Positions 17,647 to 27,180 of a DNA stretch of 47,996 nucleotides are shown here, one piece after another. The notes below the pieces were generated by a model. The model was not told the DNA's origin. It was given only the letters and a program-made list of their open reading frames with translations, and did not search any database. The stretch's first letter is position 1. Each line of letters begins with the position of its first letter. The translations under genes were made by a program, and so were the position numbers. This stretch comes from a virus (lineage: Duplodnaviria; Caudoviricetes), in the IMG/VR virus record IMGVR_UViG_3300032373_000019, positions 1-47,996 of that record, one strand, 5' to 3'.

Positions 17647-18539
17647 CCAGCCGCATCTACTGGTACCCGCGGGCGTCCTCCCCCCTCGTGAAGACGGACC
17701 CGTATCTCGGCCTCACCGACTTCCAGCCGGACCGGAAGAAGTTGGGCGGGGGCGGCATCGCCCTGGGCGGGAAGGTCACCCTGATCCCTCAGCAGGGGTA
17801 CGACTCGGTGCGGCTCGTCTGCGAGCGGCGCAGCGAGCGCATGGCGGCGCTCAGCGAGTGGCGCGACGAGGCGCACACGCTGGTCGACCACCTCCAGCGG
17901 GGCGGCTCCATCGGCTTCGCTCTGGACACCACGAAGGCCTTCCTGTGCGCGCCCTCTTCCCCCTTCATCGCGGGTCTCACGACGATGGCGGTGGGCGGGA
18001 ACCTGTTCTCCGCGTGGGAGTCGGCCGCCACGCTCGCCGCAGACGACCGCATGGTCATCAGCAGCAGCAACCCCGACCGGATGCGCGAGGAGAACACGGT
18101 GAGCGCGTACAGCGCGGGCTCCCTCACCCTCGACCGGGAGGCCCGGTTCGAGCACTCGGGGATCATCACGATCCGACACTGGGGCTTCTACCCGGTGCTG
18201 AAGCTCGACCCGGCCGCCATCGGCCAGAACCTCGCCCCGTCGGAGCGCGGATTTGTGTTCACGCTCACGCTTCCCCTCATCGAGGACGTGTCGGCTGTCG
18301 AGGACATCGTCGCCGCCGATGGCATGTCACAGCTCAGCCTGGCGGGCACCGGGGACACGCCGGATGCGCTCACGCTGGGGACGCTGGACGACATGGTCGC
18401 CCGCGGCGGCTCGCTGCTTCAGCAGGACGAGGGGCGCCCCTCCGCGCTCGGGCTCATCTCCGCCGCGTCGCGGCTGGCTGCCGCCGACCGGGTCGGGCGC
18501 GACGGCTTCACCCCGCTCGGCTTCGGGTACCGGCCGTGA
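17643..18539 (+). CDS. distal tail protein (putative)
   Basis: Coupled directly after the tape measure gene. Confidence 0.5.
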   Translation: MTSRIYWYPRASSPLVKTDPYLGLTDFQPDRKKLGGGGIALGGKVTLIPQQGYDSVRLVCERRSERMAALSEWRDEAHTLVDHLQRGGSIGFALDTTKAFLCAPSSPFIAGLTTMAVGGNLFSAWESAATLAADDRMVISSSNPDRMREENTVSAYSAGSLTLDREARFEHSGIITIRHWGFYPVLKLDPAAIGQNLAPSERGFVFTLTLPLIEDVSAVEDIVAADGMSQLSLAGTGDTPDALTLGTLDDMVARGGSLLQQDEGRPSALGLISAASRLAAADRVGRDGFTPLGFGYRP

Positions 18540-20170
18540 GTTGGTCCACCGCCTTCCGTGCCGCCCTGCGGTCCGGGTCGATGTCGTATCAGGTGCGGGT
18601 GGAGAACTCGTTCGTCGCCCTGTCCTCCGCGCCTGGCCGCATCCCGGGCCGGGGCTACATCACCGGCGCGCCCACCGTCACGGGGCAGTCGCTGTCCCTG
18701 CGGTCCTGGAAGGTCTCCGGGGGCGAGATGCTGGTCCCCATCCAGGTCCCGCGGGCCGAGGTCGCCGCGTTCCGGGGGGAGTGGGAGATCGGCGACCGGT
18801 GCAGCGTCCGGGCCTCTGTGGGCTCCACGGGGGTCAGCGAGCGGATCTGGTTCGGGCGCTTGCTGGACGTCTCTGTAGCCCCCGACGGGTCCGGGGTGGT
18901 GCGCATCCTGGACGCCGTCGCGCTCACCACGGCGGTTCAATCGGCCGGGTGGGGCACCGCCTCGCTGTTCACCGACGCGGGCGAGACCAGCCCGGCGATG
19001 TGGTTCGCCGCCATCGCTGTCAACTCCTCCATGAGCAGCAACTACCAGCGCGCCACGAAGGGGTACGTGGACAACCCCACATTGACGTTCAACCCGACGA
19101 CGAGCGGCCAGAACCTCGCCCTGAACAGCGTCTCCGGCTACGTCCTCGGGTATTCGTTCATCAGCGGGGCCGACGAGGGCGCCGTGATGGTGCAGGGCGC
19201 GGGCGCGCAGCAGTCGGTTCCGTACCTGCTGACCTACACGGGGATCTCCTCGCCGAACCTCACGGGCACGAAACTCCCCGGGACGGTGAAGATCACGCCG
19301 CCGCACTACGCGCTCTCACCCTCGGACCCGGTCCGGCACGTCTCGTGGGTCGACGGGCACGCCTTCGACATCATCCGGGCGGTGCTGCAGTCGAGCCCGG
19401 CGGGCACCAACGGCGCCTTCGACGTGCTGCCCTCCAACTGGGGCGTGGCATTCGACAGCGCGGACATCGAACAGGGCGATATCGCTCAGTGGTACGGCCT
19501 TCTGTCGGAGCCAGCGACCCCGCGCTACACGCTCGCCGTCATGGAGCAGATGGAGGACGGCATGCGCCCGGTCTGGGACTGGGCGGCGGAACTCGGGGTG
19601 TGGCCGGTGCTGCGCCAGGGCATGCTGAGCCTGCGGGCGGCGGCGGACCCCAACGACCCGGGGATCGCGGGCCTGGTCGCCATGCAGATCACGGACGACC
19701 ACATCCTCGAGTACGGCGCCCAGATGAACCGGCACCCGGACTCCACGCACGTCGTGCGGAACGTGCTGGTCGCGCACTCGTCGGTCACGACCACCACCGC
19801 GTCGTCGGTCGACGGGTCGTCCAACAGCATCAGCACGAGCACCAGTTCCGGCACCCCGTATGGGTGGCCTCGGAGCTACAGCACGACGCTCGACCTGGTC
19901 AAGCAGATTTTCCACGACGTGGACGACCAGCGGAAGGACGCCGGCCGCCGGCTCGCCCCGTGGTGGCAGCGTTTCGCGGGCGCCGCGGAGGTCGTGTTGA
20001 CCGGCGAGGCGCTCCAGATGGTCGCCGGGGACCCGGTCGAAGTGACGTCCAAGGTGCTCACCGGGCCCGACGGGATGACTCTGAACCGCACGCGCGGCAT
20101 GTGGATCCCGACCGGCCAGGACTGGGGGGGGCGCCAAGTGCCCGGAATCGTGGTGTTTCTACGCCAATAG
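18536..20170 (+). CDS. tail tip / hub protein (putative)
   Basis: 544 aa from GTG overlapping the upstream stop; Ser/Thr-rich; tail module position. Confidence 0.55.
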   Translation: MSWSTAFRAALRSGSMSYQVRVENSFVALSSAPGRIPGRGYITGAPTVTGQSLSLRSWKVSGGEMLVPIQVPRAEVAAFRGEWEIGDRCSVRASVGSTGVSERIWFGRLLDVSVAPDGSGVVRILDAVALTTAVQSAGWGTASLFTDAGETSPAMWFAAIAVNSSMSSNYQRATKGYVDNPTLTFNPTTSGQNLALNSVSGYVLGYSFISGADEGAVMVQGAGAQQSVPYLLTYTGISSPNLTGTKLPGTVKITPPHYALSPSDPVRHVSWVDGHAFDIIRAVLQSSPAGTNGAFDVLPSNWGVAFDSADIEQGDIAQWYGLLSEPATPRYTLAVMEQMEDGMRPVWDWAAELGVWPVLRQGMLSLRAAADPNDPGIAGLVAMQITDDHILEYGAQMNRHPDSTHVVRNVLVAHSSVTTTTASSVDGSSNSISTSTSSGTPYGWPRSYSTTLDLVKQIFHDVDDQRKDAGRRLAPWWQRFAGAAEVVLTGEALQMVAGDPVEVTSKVLTGPDGMTLNRTRGMWIPTGQDWGGRQVPGIVVFLRQ

Positions 20171-20201
20171 CGAAGTGTGCTATGTTCTCGACGAGGTGCC
20201 C

Positions 20202-21239
20202 GTGACGACTCGCAGCATGAACCAGATGTCTCCGGTGACGACGGGCGGCGCCACCACCTACGACGTGTCCCCGCCGGCCGCGACGACGGAGGCCACGGCG
20301 GCAGGCGTAGCCCTCTCCGCCAAGACGTTCGGGTCCTTCACCGGCACCGACGCAGGCAGCATCGACGGCTACACGGCGCGCACGGTCAACGCGGTGGGCT
20401 CGACAGCGTGGGCCGGCTCCGGCCTCGGCGCGTACACCCCGAGCGGCGGCGCGGACGGTGACGCGGGCGTGCTCGCCCTCGACGCCACGATCGGCGGGGT
20501 GGTCGTCGCGACCGCGCTGCACGACTACAGCCGGGCTGCTGCTGCGGGCGGCGGCTCCCTCGTCTCGATCCGCGACTGGGCAGGCGTGAACTACAACTTC
20601 CTGACCACGGGCGGTACGGGCGGCAGCGGCGGCGCAGGCCCGCACACCGTCAACGGGCAGACGTGGAACCTGACCCTGACCGGGTCCGGTCCAACGCGGC
20701 TGGAGATCGTGAGCGGCGTGCTTCACAACGAGTCCACGCTCGCAAACCGGGGCACGCTCGACACCGACCTCGGCGCAGGGTTCGGCCTGATCCCATCGGT
20801 CATGTACTGCTCGATGGAGAACGCGGTTCGGTCTGGTGCCGCCAACACGCTCGGGTTGTACCTCGGCGAGAGCAACGTCGTGAACCAGCTCAATCAGGTG
20901 CAAGTCCTCGCCGGGGTTGGCGGGGTTACCGACCTGCTGATTCGGGAATGTACCAGCAACTCCCCCGCATTCACGACGCTAACGAACCCGACGATCACGG
21001 ACTACACGACCACGCCGACCCTGGTTGGGGTCAACATCGCGTCGGGCGCGTGGCTGCCCTGCTACTCGCAAGGATCCGCGACCCTACCGACTGACGGCGG
21101 CTTGTTCGGAACCAAGGGGCCGAAGTCATGGGGCGAGAACGGCGCGATCACCGCGCAGGACCGTCGATACCTCATCCTCGCTCCGGTGTTCGATTGCGAT
21201 CTCCGGCTGTCCGTCCTCGAACTCAGGATCGCCCCGTGA
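20202..21239 (+). CDS. tail fibre / receptor-binding protein (putative)
   Basis: Gly/Thr/Ala-rich N-terminus, Gly linker TGGTGGSGGAG, beta-rich C-terminal domain; GAGGTG RBS. Confidence 0.55.
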   Translation: MTTRSMNQMSPVTTGGATTYDVSPPAATTEATAAGVALSAKTFGSFTGTDAGSIDGYTARTVNAVGSTAWAGSGLGAYTPSGGADGDAGVLALDATIGGVVVATALHDYSRAAAAGGGSLVSIRDWAGVNYNFLTTGGTGGSGGAGPHTVNGQTWNLTLTGSGPTRLEIVSGVLHNESTLANRGTLDTDLGAGFGLIPSVMYCSMENAVRSGAANTLGLYLGESNVVNQLNQVQVLAGVGGVTDLLIRECTSNSPAFTTLTNPTITDYTTTPTLVGVNIASGAWLPCYSQGSATLPTDGGLFGTKGPKSWGENGAITAQDRRYLILAPVFDCDLRLSVLELRIAP

Positions 21240-21460
21240 TCACCGCGAAGACCAGCGAAACACAGATGATCGACAACGACGACGGGAACGGGCCGCAGCC
21301 ACACACGCTGGTGTCCGCATGGATGCCGGTGTCTGACGCCGAAGCCCTCGCCGCCGCGAAGATCGAGCGTGGAGATTCCTCGCTTCTCGTCGCCGACTGC
21401 CGCCCGGTCGCCACCGCCATCGCCGCCGCGCTCGTCGCTGCTGGTCTGGGGCGTGGTTGA
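21236..21460 (+). CDS. hypothetical protein
   Basis: 74 aa, coupled at both ends (GTGA, TGATG). Confidence 0.5.
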   Translation: MITAKTSETQMIDNDDGNGPQPHTLVSAWMPVSDAEALAAAKIERGDSSLLVADCRPVATAIAAALVAAGLGRG

Positions 21461-22131
21461 TGCGCCCCCTCCTGATCATCGCCTACGCCCAGCACGGCCA
21501 GCGGTCCCGCGGCGACTACGACCCCGGCGCGTGGGCCGACATCGACGGCGACGGCATCAAGGAGAAGTGGGAGCAGGAGGCGCCGCTCGCAGCCGGCTAC
21601 GGCTCGCTCATCGCGGGCATGGCCAACGCCCACGGGGCCCAGGGCCTCCCGGTCGAGGGCTGGTTCGTCGGCTGGGGCGACGAGATCGACGCCATGACCT
21701 ACGACCGCGGGCACGCCGCCATCAATGAGCGGGTGCGCGCCTGGCACGAGCAGCACCCCGGGGGCCTGTCGGTGGTCCTCGCCTGCCACTGCAACGCCGG
21801 CGGCGGGTCCTATGGCCTCGTCGCGTGGGATGGCCGCAGCGCGCTCGGGCGCGTCGCGGCCTCGACGGTGGCGGCAGCCTGGGAGGCCGGCATCCCGCTG
21901 CTCGGGCGCGCCAAGAAGACCCCGGGCAGCTCGGACGGCCAGCCCTACCAGCGGCGGCTGCACTACTGCCTGCGGGGCGCGTGGACTGGCCCCGCCAACC
22001 ACTGCGGCCTCACGCTCGAGCCCGGGTTCCTGGACACGGTCGCGCACCGCGGGCTGTGGACCACCGGGGGCCTGGAGAGAATCGCGCGCACGACCGTCGC
22101 GGGGCTCATCGCCTGGGCGGACGACTCGTGA
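21460..22131 (+). CDS. endolysin, N-acetylmuramoyl-L-alanine amidase (Amidase_3)
   Basis: Zn-amidase motifs IIAYAQHG, E, LACHCNAGGG and LEPGFLD. Confidence 0.8.
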   Translation: MRPLLIIAYAQHGQRSRGDYDPGAWADIDGDGIKEKWEQEAPLAAGYGSLIAGMANAHGAQGLPVEGWFVGWGDEIDAMTYDRGHAAINERVRAWHEQHPGGLSVVLACHCNAGGGSYGLVAWDGRSALGRVAASTVAAAWEAGIPLLGRAKKTPGSSDGQPYQRRLHYCLRGAWTGPANHCGLTLEPGFLDTVAHRGLWTTGGLERIARTTVAGLIAWADDS

Positions 22132-22454
22132 TCGGCCGCCTCGCCAGCAGTCGCACCGCGCTCGTCGGCGCCGGCGTCGGCGGGGCCGGGCTCGGTATCG
22201 CGGGCGGCGCCCTCGCGGCGTGGTTCATCGCCAAGGCGGCCGAGTTCGCGCTGGCGATCTACTGCCCCGAGGTCGCGTGGTCCCTCACGCCCGACGACCT
22301 GGACTTCCTCGGCCTCGTCGCCGGGTGCTCGTCCGTCGGGGGCACCATCGGCGGGGCCGGGGCAGCCGCCGCGGTCGGAGCTCGCCACGTCGGCGAGGGC
22401 TGGAAGCCGCCCACCACCCCCGGCGCCGCGCTCCCCGCGGGCTTGCCGGACTGA
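22128..22454 (+). CDS. holin-like membrane protein
   Basis: Two Gly-rich hydrophobic segments; coupled to the endolysin. Confidence 0.5.
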   Translation: MIGRLASSRTALVGAGVGGAGLGIAGGALAAWFIAKAAEFALAIYCPEVAWSLTPDDLDFLGLVAGCSSVGGTIGGAGAAAAVGARHVGEGWKPPTTPGAALPAGLPD

Positions 22455-22456
22455 CC

Positions 22457-22525
22457 ATGGAGGCCGAGATGCGCGCGAACGGACTGCAGGACGGCGGCCA
22501 CGTCACCGATGGCGGGTCTCTCTGA
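22457..22525 (+). CDS. possible 22-aa peptide
   Basis: MEAEMRANGLQDGGHVTDGGSL fills the gap; TGATG overlap. Confidence 0.25.
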   Translation: MEAEMRANGLQDGGHVTDGGSL

Positions 22526-22857
22526 TGGACGCATTCAAGCGGAACATCGCTGGGTTCCGGGGGCATCGGACTCCCAGCACCGCCCCCGGACAGACCTGCC
22601 CGTGCTGCCGCGAGACCACCAAGCGCCAGAGCCGCCCACTGGCCCGCGCTCGCCTGAAGGCGGCAGACCGCACGGACCCCGAGGGCGTCGCCTCCCTGTC
22701 TCGCATGGCCCCATGGGAGCGCGAGCACGGAGAGGGCGCGCCCGAGCCCTGCGACGACCCGCGGTGCGACTGCGGCTGGGCGAGTGACCCGCTCGTGCAG
22801 AACGTCGAGCACCGCACCGAACCACTGACCGCGACGCTGGCCGAGATGGCGGCGTGA
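22525..22857 (+). CDS. hypothetical Cys-containing protein
   Basis: CPCC and CDDPRCDCG; coupled. Confidence 0.45.
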   Translation: MDAFKRNIAGFRGHRTPSTAPGQTCPCCRETTKRQSRPLARARLKAADRTDPEGVASLSRMAPWEREHGEGAPEPCDDPRCDCGWASDPLVQNVEHRTEPLTATLAEMAA

Positions 22858-23261
22858 GCGAGGAGCGCACCATGCCCGTTGGCACCACCGTAGCGATCGT
22901 GTCCGTGGCCGCCGTCCTGCTCGCTGGCGCAGGCTTCGGCGCAGGCTGGGGGCTCAAGCCCAACGGCATCGAGCAAGCCACGGAACTGCTCGAGGCGCAG
23001 GGCACACAGATCGACATCCTCGGCGACCAGATGGTCGAGGTGTCTGCGGTGGCATCGCGCCCGGTCGTCATCGACGCCGAGATCCGCGACAAGCTGAGCG
23101 ACACCCCGCCGGCCTGCATCGAGGACCCGCTGTCGCTCGGCTGCCACGTGCAAGCGTGCTGGCAGTACGGACAGAGCGCCGCCCAGCGCCCGCAGTGCCA
23201 GCCGTTCGAAGCTGAGCTCGTGCGGCAGAAGGCGCAGGGCTGCCCCGAGCCGACGCCGTGA
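22854..23261 (+). CDS. membrane-anchored Cys-rich protein (spanin-like candidate)
   Basis: N-terminal TM helix, helical segment, five Cys in the C-terminal part. Confidence 0.5.
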   Translation: MSEERTMPVGTTVAIVSVAAVLLAGAGFGAGWGLKPNGIEQATELLEAQGTQIDILGDQMVEVSAVASRPVVIDAEIRDKLSDTPPACIEDPLSLGCHVQACWQYGQSAAQRPQCQPFEAELVRQKAQGCPEPTP

Positions 23262-23319
23262 GACGCCGCCCCTCCCTCCGTCGCTACCTCCGGGGCCTGC
23301 CCTCGGTCCTGCGTGCGGC

Positions 23320-23838
23320 ATGGGGCGCCGTGCGCTACGGTTCGGCATGATCGACGCCCGCACCATGGTCCGGCGACACGCCGCGGAACTGCTCCTCCTC
23401 GCAATCGGTGCCGGCGCTCTGGCTCTCGCGGTGTGGGGTGGTGTCGCCCACGCGCAGGCGATCGACCCGGTGGCCGCGGACTACCCGGTGGACTTCAACG
23501 CCATCATTTGGGGCGGCGGTGGAGCTGGGGCAGTCGGCGGGCTGGGTCTCGTCGGTTGGCTGGTTTCCCAGCGGTACGCTCCGCTCCTGCGGCACCGCGC
23601 GAAAAGCGACGACAAGCCCGACAAGCCCGACCTCTGCGCCCCGATGGCCAGCGATGTGCGGCCCCGGCTGGACGCCCTGGAGGCGCAGTGCGCGGAGTTC
23701 GGCGCGGAGATCTCCCGGCTCTCGACGGCGGTGCGGCACAACACCGGGACGAGCACCCGGATCGAAGCGCGGCTGGAGTCGCTGTCTCAGACGGCGTCGC
23801 AGATCATGCTCAAGATCACCGACATCGGGAGGCGATGA
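23320..23838 (+). CDS. membrane protein with C-terminal coiled coil
   Basis: Signal-like segment ending AHA-Q, second Gly-rich TM, heptad C-terminus. Confidence 0.5.
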   Translation: MGRRALRFGMIDARTMVRRHAAELLLLAIGAGALALAVWGGVAHAQAIDPVAADYPVDFNAIIWGGGGAGAVGGLGLVGWLVSQRYAPLLRHRAKSDDKPDKPDLCAPMASDVRPRLDALEAQCAEFGAEISRLSTAVRHNTGTSTRIEARLESLSQTASQIMLKITDIGRR

Positions 23839-24086
23839 TGCCCGCCCCGACGCTGCCAGAGCTCGCGCTTGAGTTCGCCCTCTTGACCCAGGCGACCCTC
23901 TCCGAAGTGCGGCGGGACGTGTCCGCGGCCCCGGTGCTCCGGCGCATGGTCGAGCCGAGCGACAGCATGGACAACCTGCTCAACGACGGCAGCGTGCGGC
24001 GTCAGACCCGCGTGATCGACAACCGGCCCACCGAGAGGGTGGAGCCACACCATCCCCCACAATGCGCCGCCATGGCGCGAGGGTAG
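23835..24086 (+). CDS. hypothetical protein
   Basis: GGAGG RBS and ATGA overlap. Confidence 0.4.
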   Translation: MMPAPTLPELALEFALLTQATLSEVRRDVSAAPVLRRMVEPSDSMDNLLNDGSVRRQTRVIDNRPTERVEPHHPPQCAAMARG

Positions 24087-24091
24087 ACGAC

Positions 24092-24448
24092 ATGGGCGCA
24101 TACGAGGACAACGCCGGCAACCACCCACAGATGGGCGGCAACGGTCGCGAGTGGGTGCCGTTCGTGGGCAAGGGCACCAACTACCACACGAGCCCGACCC
24201 ACAACAGCGCGCAGGTCGTGCTCTCGGACGCGGTCATGTCCCGGCTGATCCACGCCGGCCGGCTGGCCTACGACATCGAGGACGCGCCCGGCTCGGTGAG
24301 CTCCGACGTGTTCGAGAAGACGATCGAGGCGTTCAGCCCGCCAGGCCACCTGTCGTGGTACAACGGCCTGACCTCGGCGCGGAAGGAGAAGTACCGCGAC
24401 AACACCGCGGCGCAGCCCGACCCGCTCAAGGACCCGATCCCGTCGTAG
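24092..24448 (+). CDS. hypothetical protein
   Basis: Good GC3 bias; last + strand gene of the late module. Confidence 0.55.
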   Translation: MGAYEDNAGNHPQMGGNGREWVPFVGKGTNYHTSPTHNSAQVVLSDAVMSRLIHAGRLAYDIEDAPGSVSSDVFEKTIEAFSPPGHLSWYNGLTSARKEKYRDNTAAQPDPLKDPIPS

Positions 24449-24743
24449 CGCAGCACACGAGCGCCAGCAGCGACACCAGCAGCGACACACCAGAGACTCC
24501 GGCGAGCACCCAGACGGTCCGCCGGAGTCTTCGCGCGTCTCGCTGCCACCTGCTCGCCTCAACAGCTCGGAGCAGGTCAACGCGGGTGCCAACGTTGAGA
24601 ATCTGACCCAGCCCGACAACGTCCTGCGGTATGCGCCCATCGCGGTGCGCGGCACGTAGGCTATTCAGCAGCCGTTGCGACTGGTTGTGGAGCAGCACGG
24701 ATGCCGCCTCCCACGTCGCCGGGTCCCGGTCGTCCGTCGGCAT
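24426..24743 (-). CDS. small membrane protein with C-terminal TM
   Basis: VWVLAGVSGVSLLVSLLALVCC hydrophobic tail; end of leftward arm. Confidence 0.5.
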   Translation of the reverse strand: MPTDDRDPATWEAASVLLHNQSQRLLNSLRAAHRDGRIPQDVVGLGQILNVGTRVDLLRAVEASRWQRDARRLRRTVWVLAGVSGVSLLVSLLALVCCATTGSGP

Positions 24744-24752
24744 CAAAACCCC

Positions 24753-25004
24753 CTATGGCGTGGGCATTGTAGCGCGCGACGCTGCCCGCCTCGCCTGTCC
24801 CCCAGCCATGCACGCCGCAGTGACCTCCGTGGGCGTCACCCGCAGCCACCGGGCCAGCCGACCGCGGTAGCGCATCGGCGGGGACGTGTGCCCCCGCTCC
24901 CACCTGCTGTACGTCTGGAACGTCACAGCGAGCTCGGGCCCGGCTTGTCGCTGGGTGAGGCCGCGGGCGGTGCGCTCGGCGCGCAGGAGCTCCCCGAGGG
25001 TCAC
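24753..25004 (-). CDS. XRE-family HTH regulator
   Basis: LGELLRAERTARGLTQRQAGPELAVTFQTYSRWERGHTSP. Confidence 0.85.
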   Translation of the reverse strand: MTLGELLRAERTARGLTQRQAGPELAVTFQTYSRWERGHTSPPMRYRGRLARWLRVTPTEVTAACMAGGQARRAASRATMPTP

Positions 25005-25168
25005 AGGCCGTGGTCCTCGAGGTCCCATTCGTCCCACTCGTTGGGATGCCGGTCGTCGTCGAACCACGGATCCGGCACGGGATCGCGCTGGGGCGGCGGT
25101 GCGGTGAGGGCAGGCGTGCGGGGCTTGCGCGGCTGCGTGGGGCGCTTCGGGGCGCGGCGGCGGGTCAT
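25001..25168 (-). CDS. hypothetical protein (basic N-terminus, acidic Trp-rich C-terminus)
   Basis: Coupled at both ends. Confidence 0.45.
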   Translation of the reverse strand: MTRRRAPKRPTQPRKPRTPALTAPPPQRDPVPDPWFDDDRHPNEWDEWDLEDHGL

Positions 25169-25761
25169 GGGGTGGGCTCGGGGGTGGTGCGGGCGGCGTC
25201 GGCTGCCTGCATGGCTTCGAGTGCGGACGATGCGGTACCCTGCTTGACCGCGGGACCTTCGTCGCTGTAGACGACCCACAGCCACGGCTCGGTGAGGTCT
25301 TCGCGCATCACCTCACGGTCGCACTGTCCGGGGTCCTCACCGTAGGCGAACCACCCGCTCGCCCCAACGCGCCACCCCTCCGGCGCCTGCACCTCGTCCC
25401 CGCGCTCGACAGCGAGGATGCGGGAGAGGCGGTCGCGCTCCTGCATCATCTTGTCCCGCTCGGCGTCCGTCGCGATCACGGCGTCGTGGTAGCGGTCGCG
25501 CTCTCGGCGGGCCTCGTCGCGCTCCATCGCGACCTCCCCCAGCCGCTCCATGGCCACGCCAGATGCAGCGCGCTCGGCGTCGAGGGCAACCACGACCGAC
25601 CGGATCCGCTTACGCAGGTCCACGCACTCCAGAGGAAGCATACGCCTGGGGACGCACCGGCACCCGCCGTTGGTGTGCATACCTCGGCTGCTCGGCGGCC
25701 GGAACACACAACCCCCGTCACCACAGCCCCGCGCCTCCACGCTCACGTTCTCGTCGCTCAT
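25165..25761 (-). CDS. hypothetical protein, ERDRL-family paralog 1
   Basis: GCGDGGC..GMHTNGGCRC N-terminus, coiled coil, ERDRLSRILAVERGDE module. Confidence 0.6.
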   Translation of the reverse strand: MSDENVSVEARGCGDGGCVFRPPSSRGMHTNGGCRCVPRRMLPLECVDLRKRIRSVVVALDAERAASGVAMERLGEVAMERDEARRERDRYHDAVIATDAERDKMMQERDRLSRILAVERGDEVQAPEGWRVGASGWFAYGEDPGQCDREVMREDLTEPWLWVVYSDEGPAVKQGTASSALEAMQAADAARTTPEPTP

Positions 25762-26114
25762 GCTCCCTCCTCCATTCCAAGAATCCGCCGCACCGCCGCG
25801 ACCATCGCAGCAGCATCGGGCTTGCTCACGACCGGCACGGCGCCGAATCGACCTTCGTAGCGCACGGGCGCCCCGGTGTAGATGATGGTCGGCGTGTTCC
25901 GGTAGCCGACGAGCCCCCCGCAGGCGTTGTTGAGCCCGCCGGTGATGATCACGCCCGTCGAGAACTGCGCTTGGTGCTGCGCCTGCAGGACCGCGGAATA
26001 CGGCTCCTCCGCGCACACCGTCGCCACGTCCACGAACCCCGCGAGAGCGAGCGCCCGCTGTGTCGCGATGGCGGCGTGGAGGTCGGTTTCTACGACGAGT
26101 ACCCGGTGACTCAC
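25758..26114 (-). CDS. atypical (pseudo) response-regulator receiver domain
   Basis: RVLVVETD, VIITGGL (Asp absent), IIYTG, VVSKP, AAVRRIL REC layout. Confidence 0.65.
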   Translation of the reverse strand: MSHRVLVVETDLHAAIATQRALALAGFVDVATVCAEEPYSAVLQAQHQAQFSTGVIITGGLNNACGGLVGYRNTPTIIYTGAPVRYEGRFGAVPVVSKPDAAAMVAAVRRILGMEEGA

Positions 26115-26731
26115 TGCGCACCGCCTGCGACCAGGTCGCGCCCCGCCTGCGTAGGCCTGCGCAGCGACGGGGGCGCGATGACCCCGCGGTCCGCCAGCCG
26201 GGCATAGGCCCGCTCGAACGCGCCCGACTCCTTCCGCCTCCCCGTCACGGACAGGCACAGCGTGGACCGCCGGCACGGCCCGTCCGCGAGCACGGCCACG
26301 ATGCGCTCCGCGAGCCCGCTGTCCGTGTCCGTGGGGGATTCCTCGCCCACCACCTCGTCGGGGTCGGCGTCGCCGTCGAAGGTCGCCACGAGGCCGACGT
26401 CCCACACGTGGCGCAGCACCGCGGGCGGCCCATTCAGGCGCCAGGCGTCGAGCGCCCAGTCCTCGAGCCGCACCGGCCCGGAGGTCTCCAGCAGGCCTCG
26501 ACGCTGCAGCGCGGTGAGCTCCTTCCGGACGCGCTCGCGGGAGGCTGCCCGGTGCTCGGCGCGCACGCGCTGGCGGTTGCGGTAGTCCTCCCCGTCGCGG
26601 ACGGGCCCGGGGAAGCGCGGCACGGGGTCCACAGCGTCCGCCACCTCTCCGGCGGTGCCAGAGTCGTTGCGGCACAGCCAGGCGAGCACACGCCAGCGCA
26701 GGGTGCCGGGACGGGGGAGGCCGGCGGGCAT
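26111..26731 (-). CDS. tandem winged-helix protein
   Basis: TAGEVADAV...LTALQRRGLL and ARLADRGVI..PTQAG. Confidence 0.55.
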   Translation of the reverse strand: MPAGLPRPGTLRWRVLAWLCRNDSGTAGEVADAVDPVPRFPGPVRDGEDYRNRQRVRAEHRAASRERVRKELTALQRRGLLETSGPVRLEDWALDAWRLNGPPAVLRHVWDVGLVATFDGDADPDEVVGEESPTDTDSGLAERIVAVLADGPCRRSTLCLSVTGRRKESGAFERAYARLADRGVIAPPSLRRPTQAGRDLVAGGAQ

Positions 26732-27180
26732 CAGGTGCCTCCATATGCGGCCTCGGCCGCGTTGTCGCTGTGCTCAGGGCATCGGTGGGCGTCGGGCCCT
26801 ACCTGCTGGGCGTGCACGTCGCACACGGGCGCGTCACAGGTGCCGCCATCCTCCGGGTGGTCACAGAGAGCGTCGGCGTCGCGCCGGCAAGCCACACACC
26901 GGACCGCGGGCAGCTTCACGTCGAGCGAGCACCACCGCGCGCCGTCGTCGATGTCCTCCACGTCCACCTGCATCGTGCCGACCTCGCACCCGAGGCGCAG
27001 CGCCATCCCGTGAGCCACCTCTGAGCGAACCCACGACCATGGCGCCGTCTCCAGCCGCCGCAGCTGGAACGCAGGCAGGTTGACCGCCTCCGCGAGCTCA
27101 GCCAGGTCTACGGCACGTAGGTCACGCAGCAGCGTCACCCGTGGGCCGCAGATGTCGTATCCGTGGGCGTCGGCGGGCAT
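26731..27180 (-). CDS. XRE-like HTH fused to Cys/His zinc finger
   Basis: LRDLRAVDLAELAEAVNLPAFQLRRLE; CVAC..LCD..CDAPVCDVH..CPEH. Confidence 0.65.
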   Translation of the reverse strand: MPADAHGYDICGPRVTLLRDLRAVDLAELAEAVNLPAFQLRRLETAPWSWVRSEVAHGMALRLGCEVGTMQVDVEDIDDGARWCSLDVKLPAVRCVACRRDADALCDHPEDGGTCDAPVCDVHAQQVGPDAHRCPEHSDNAAEAAYGGT

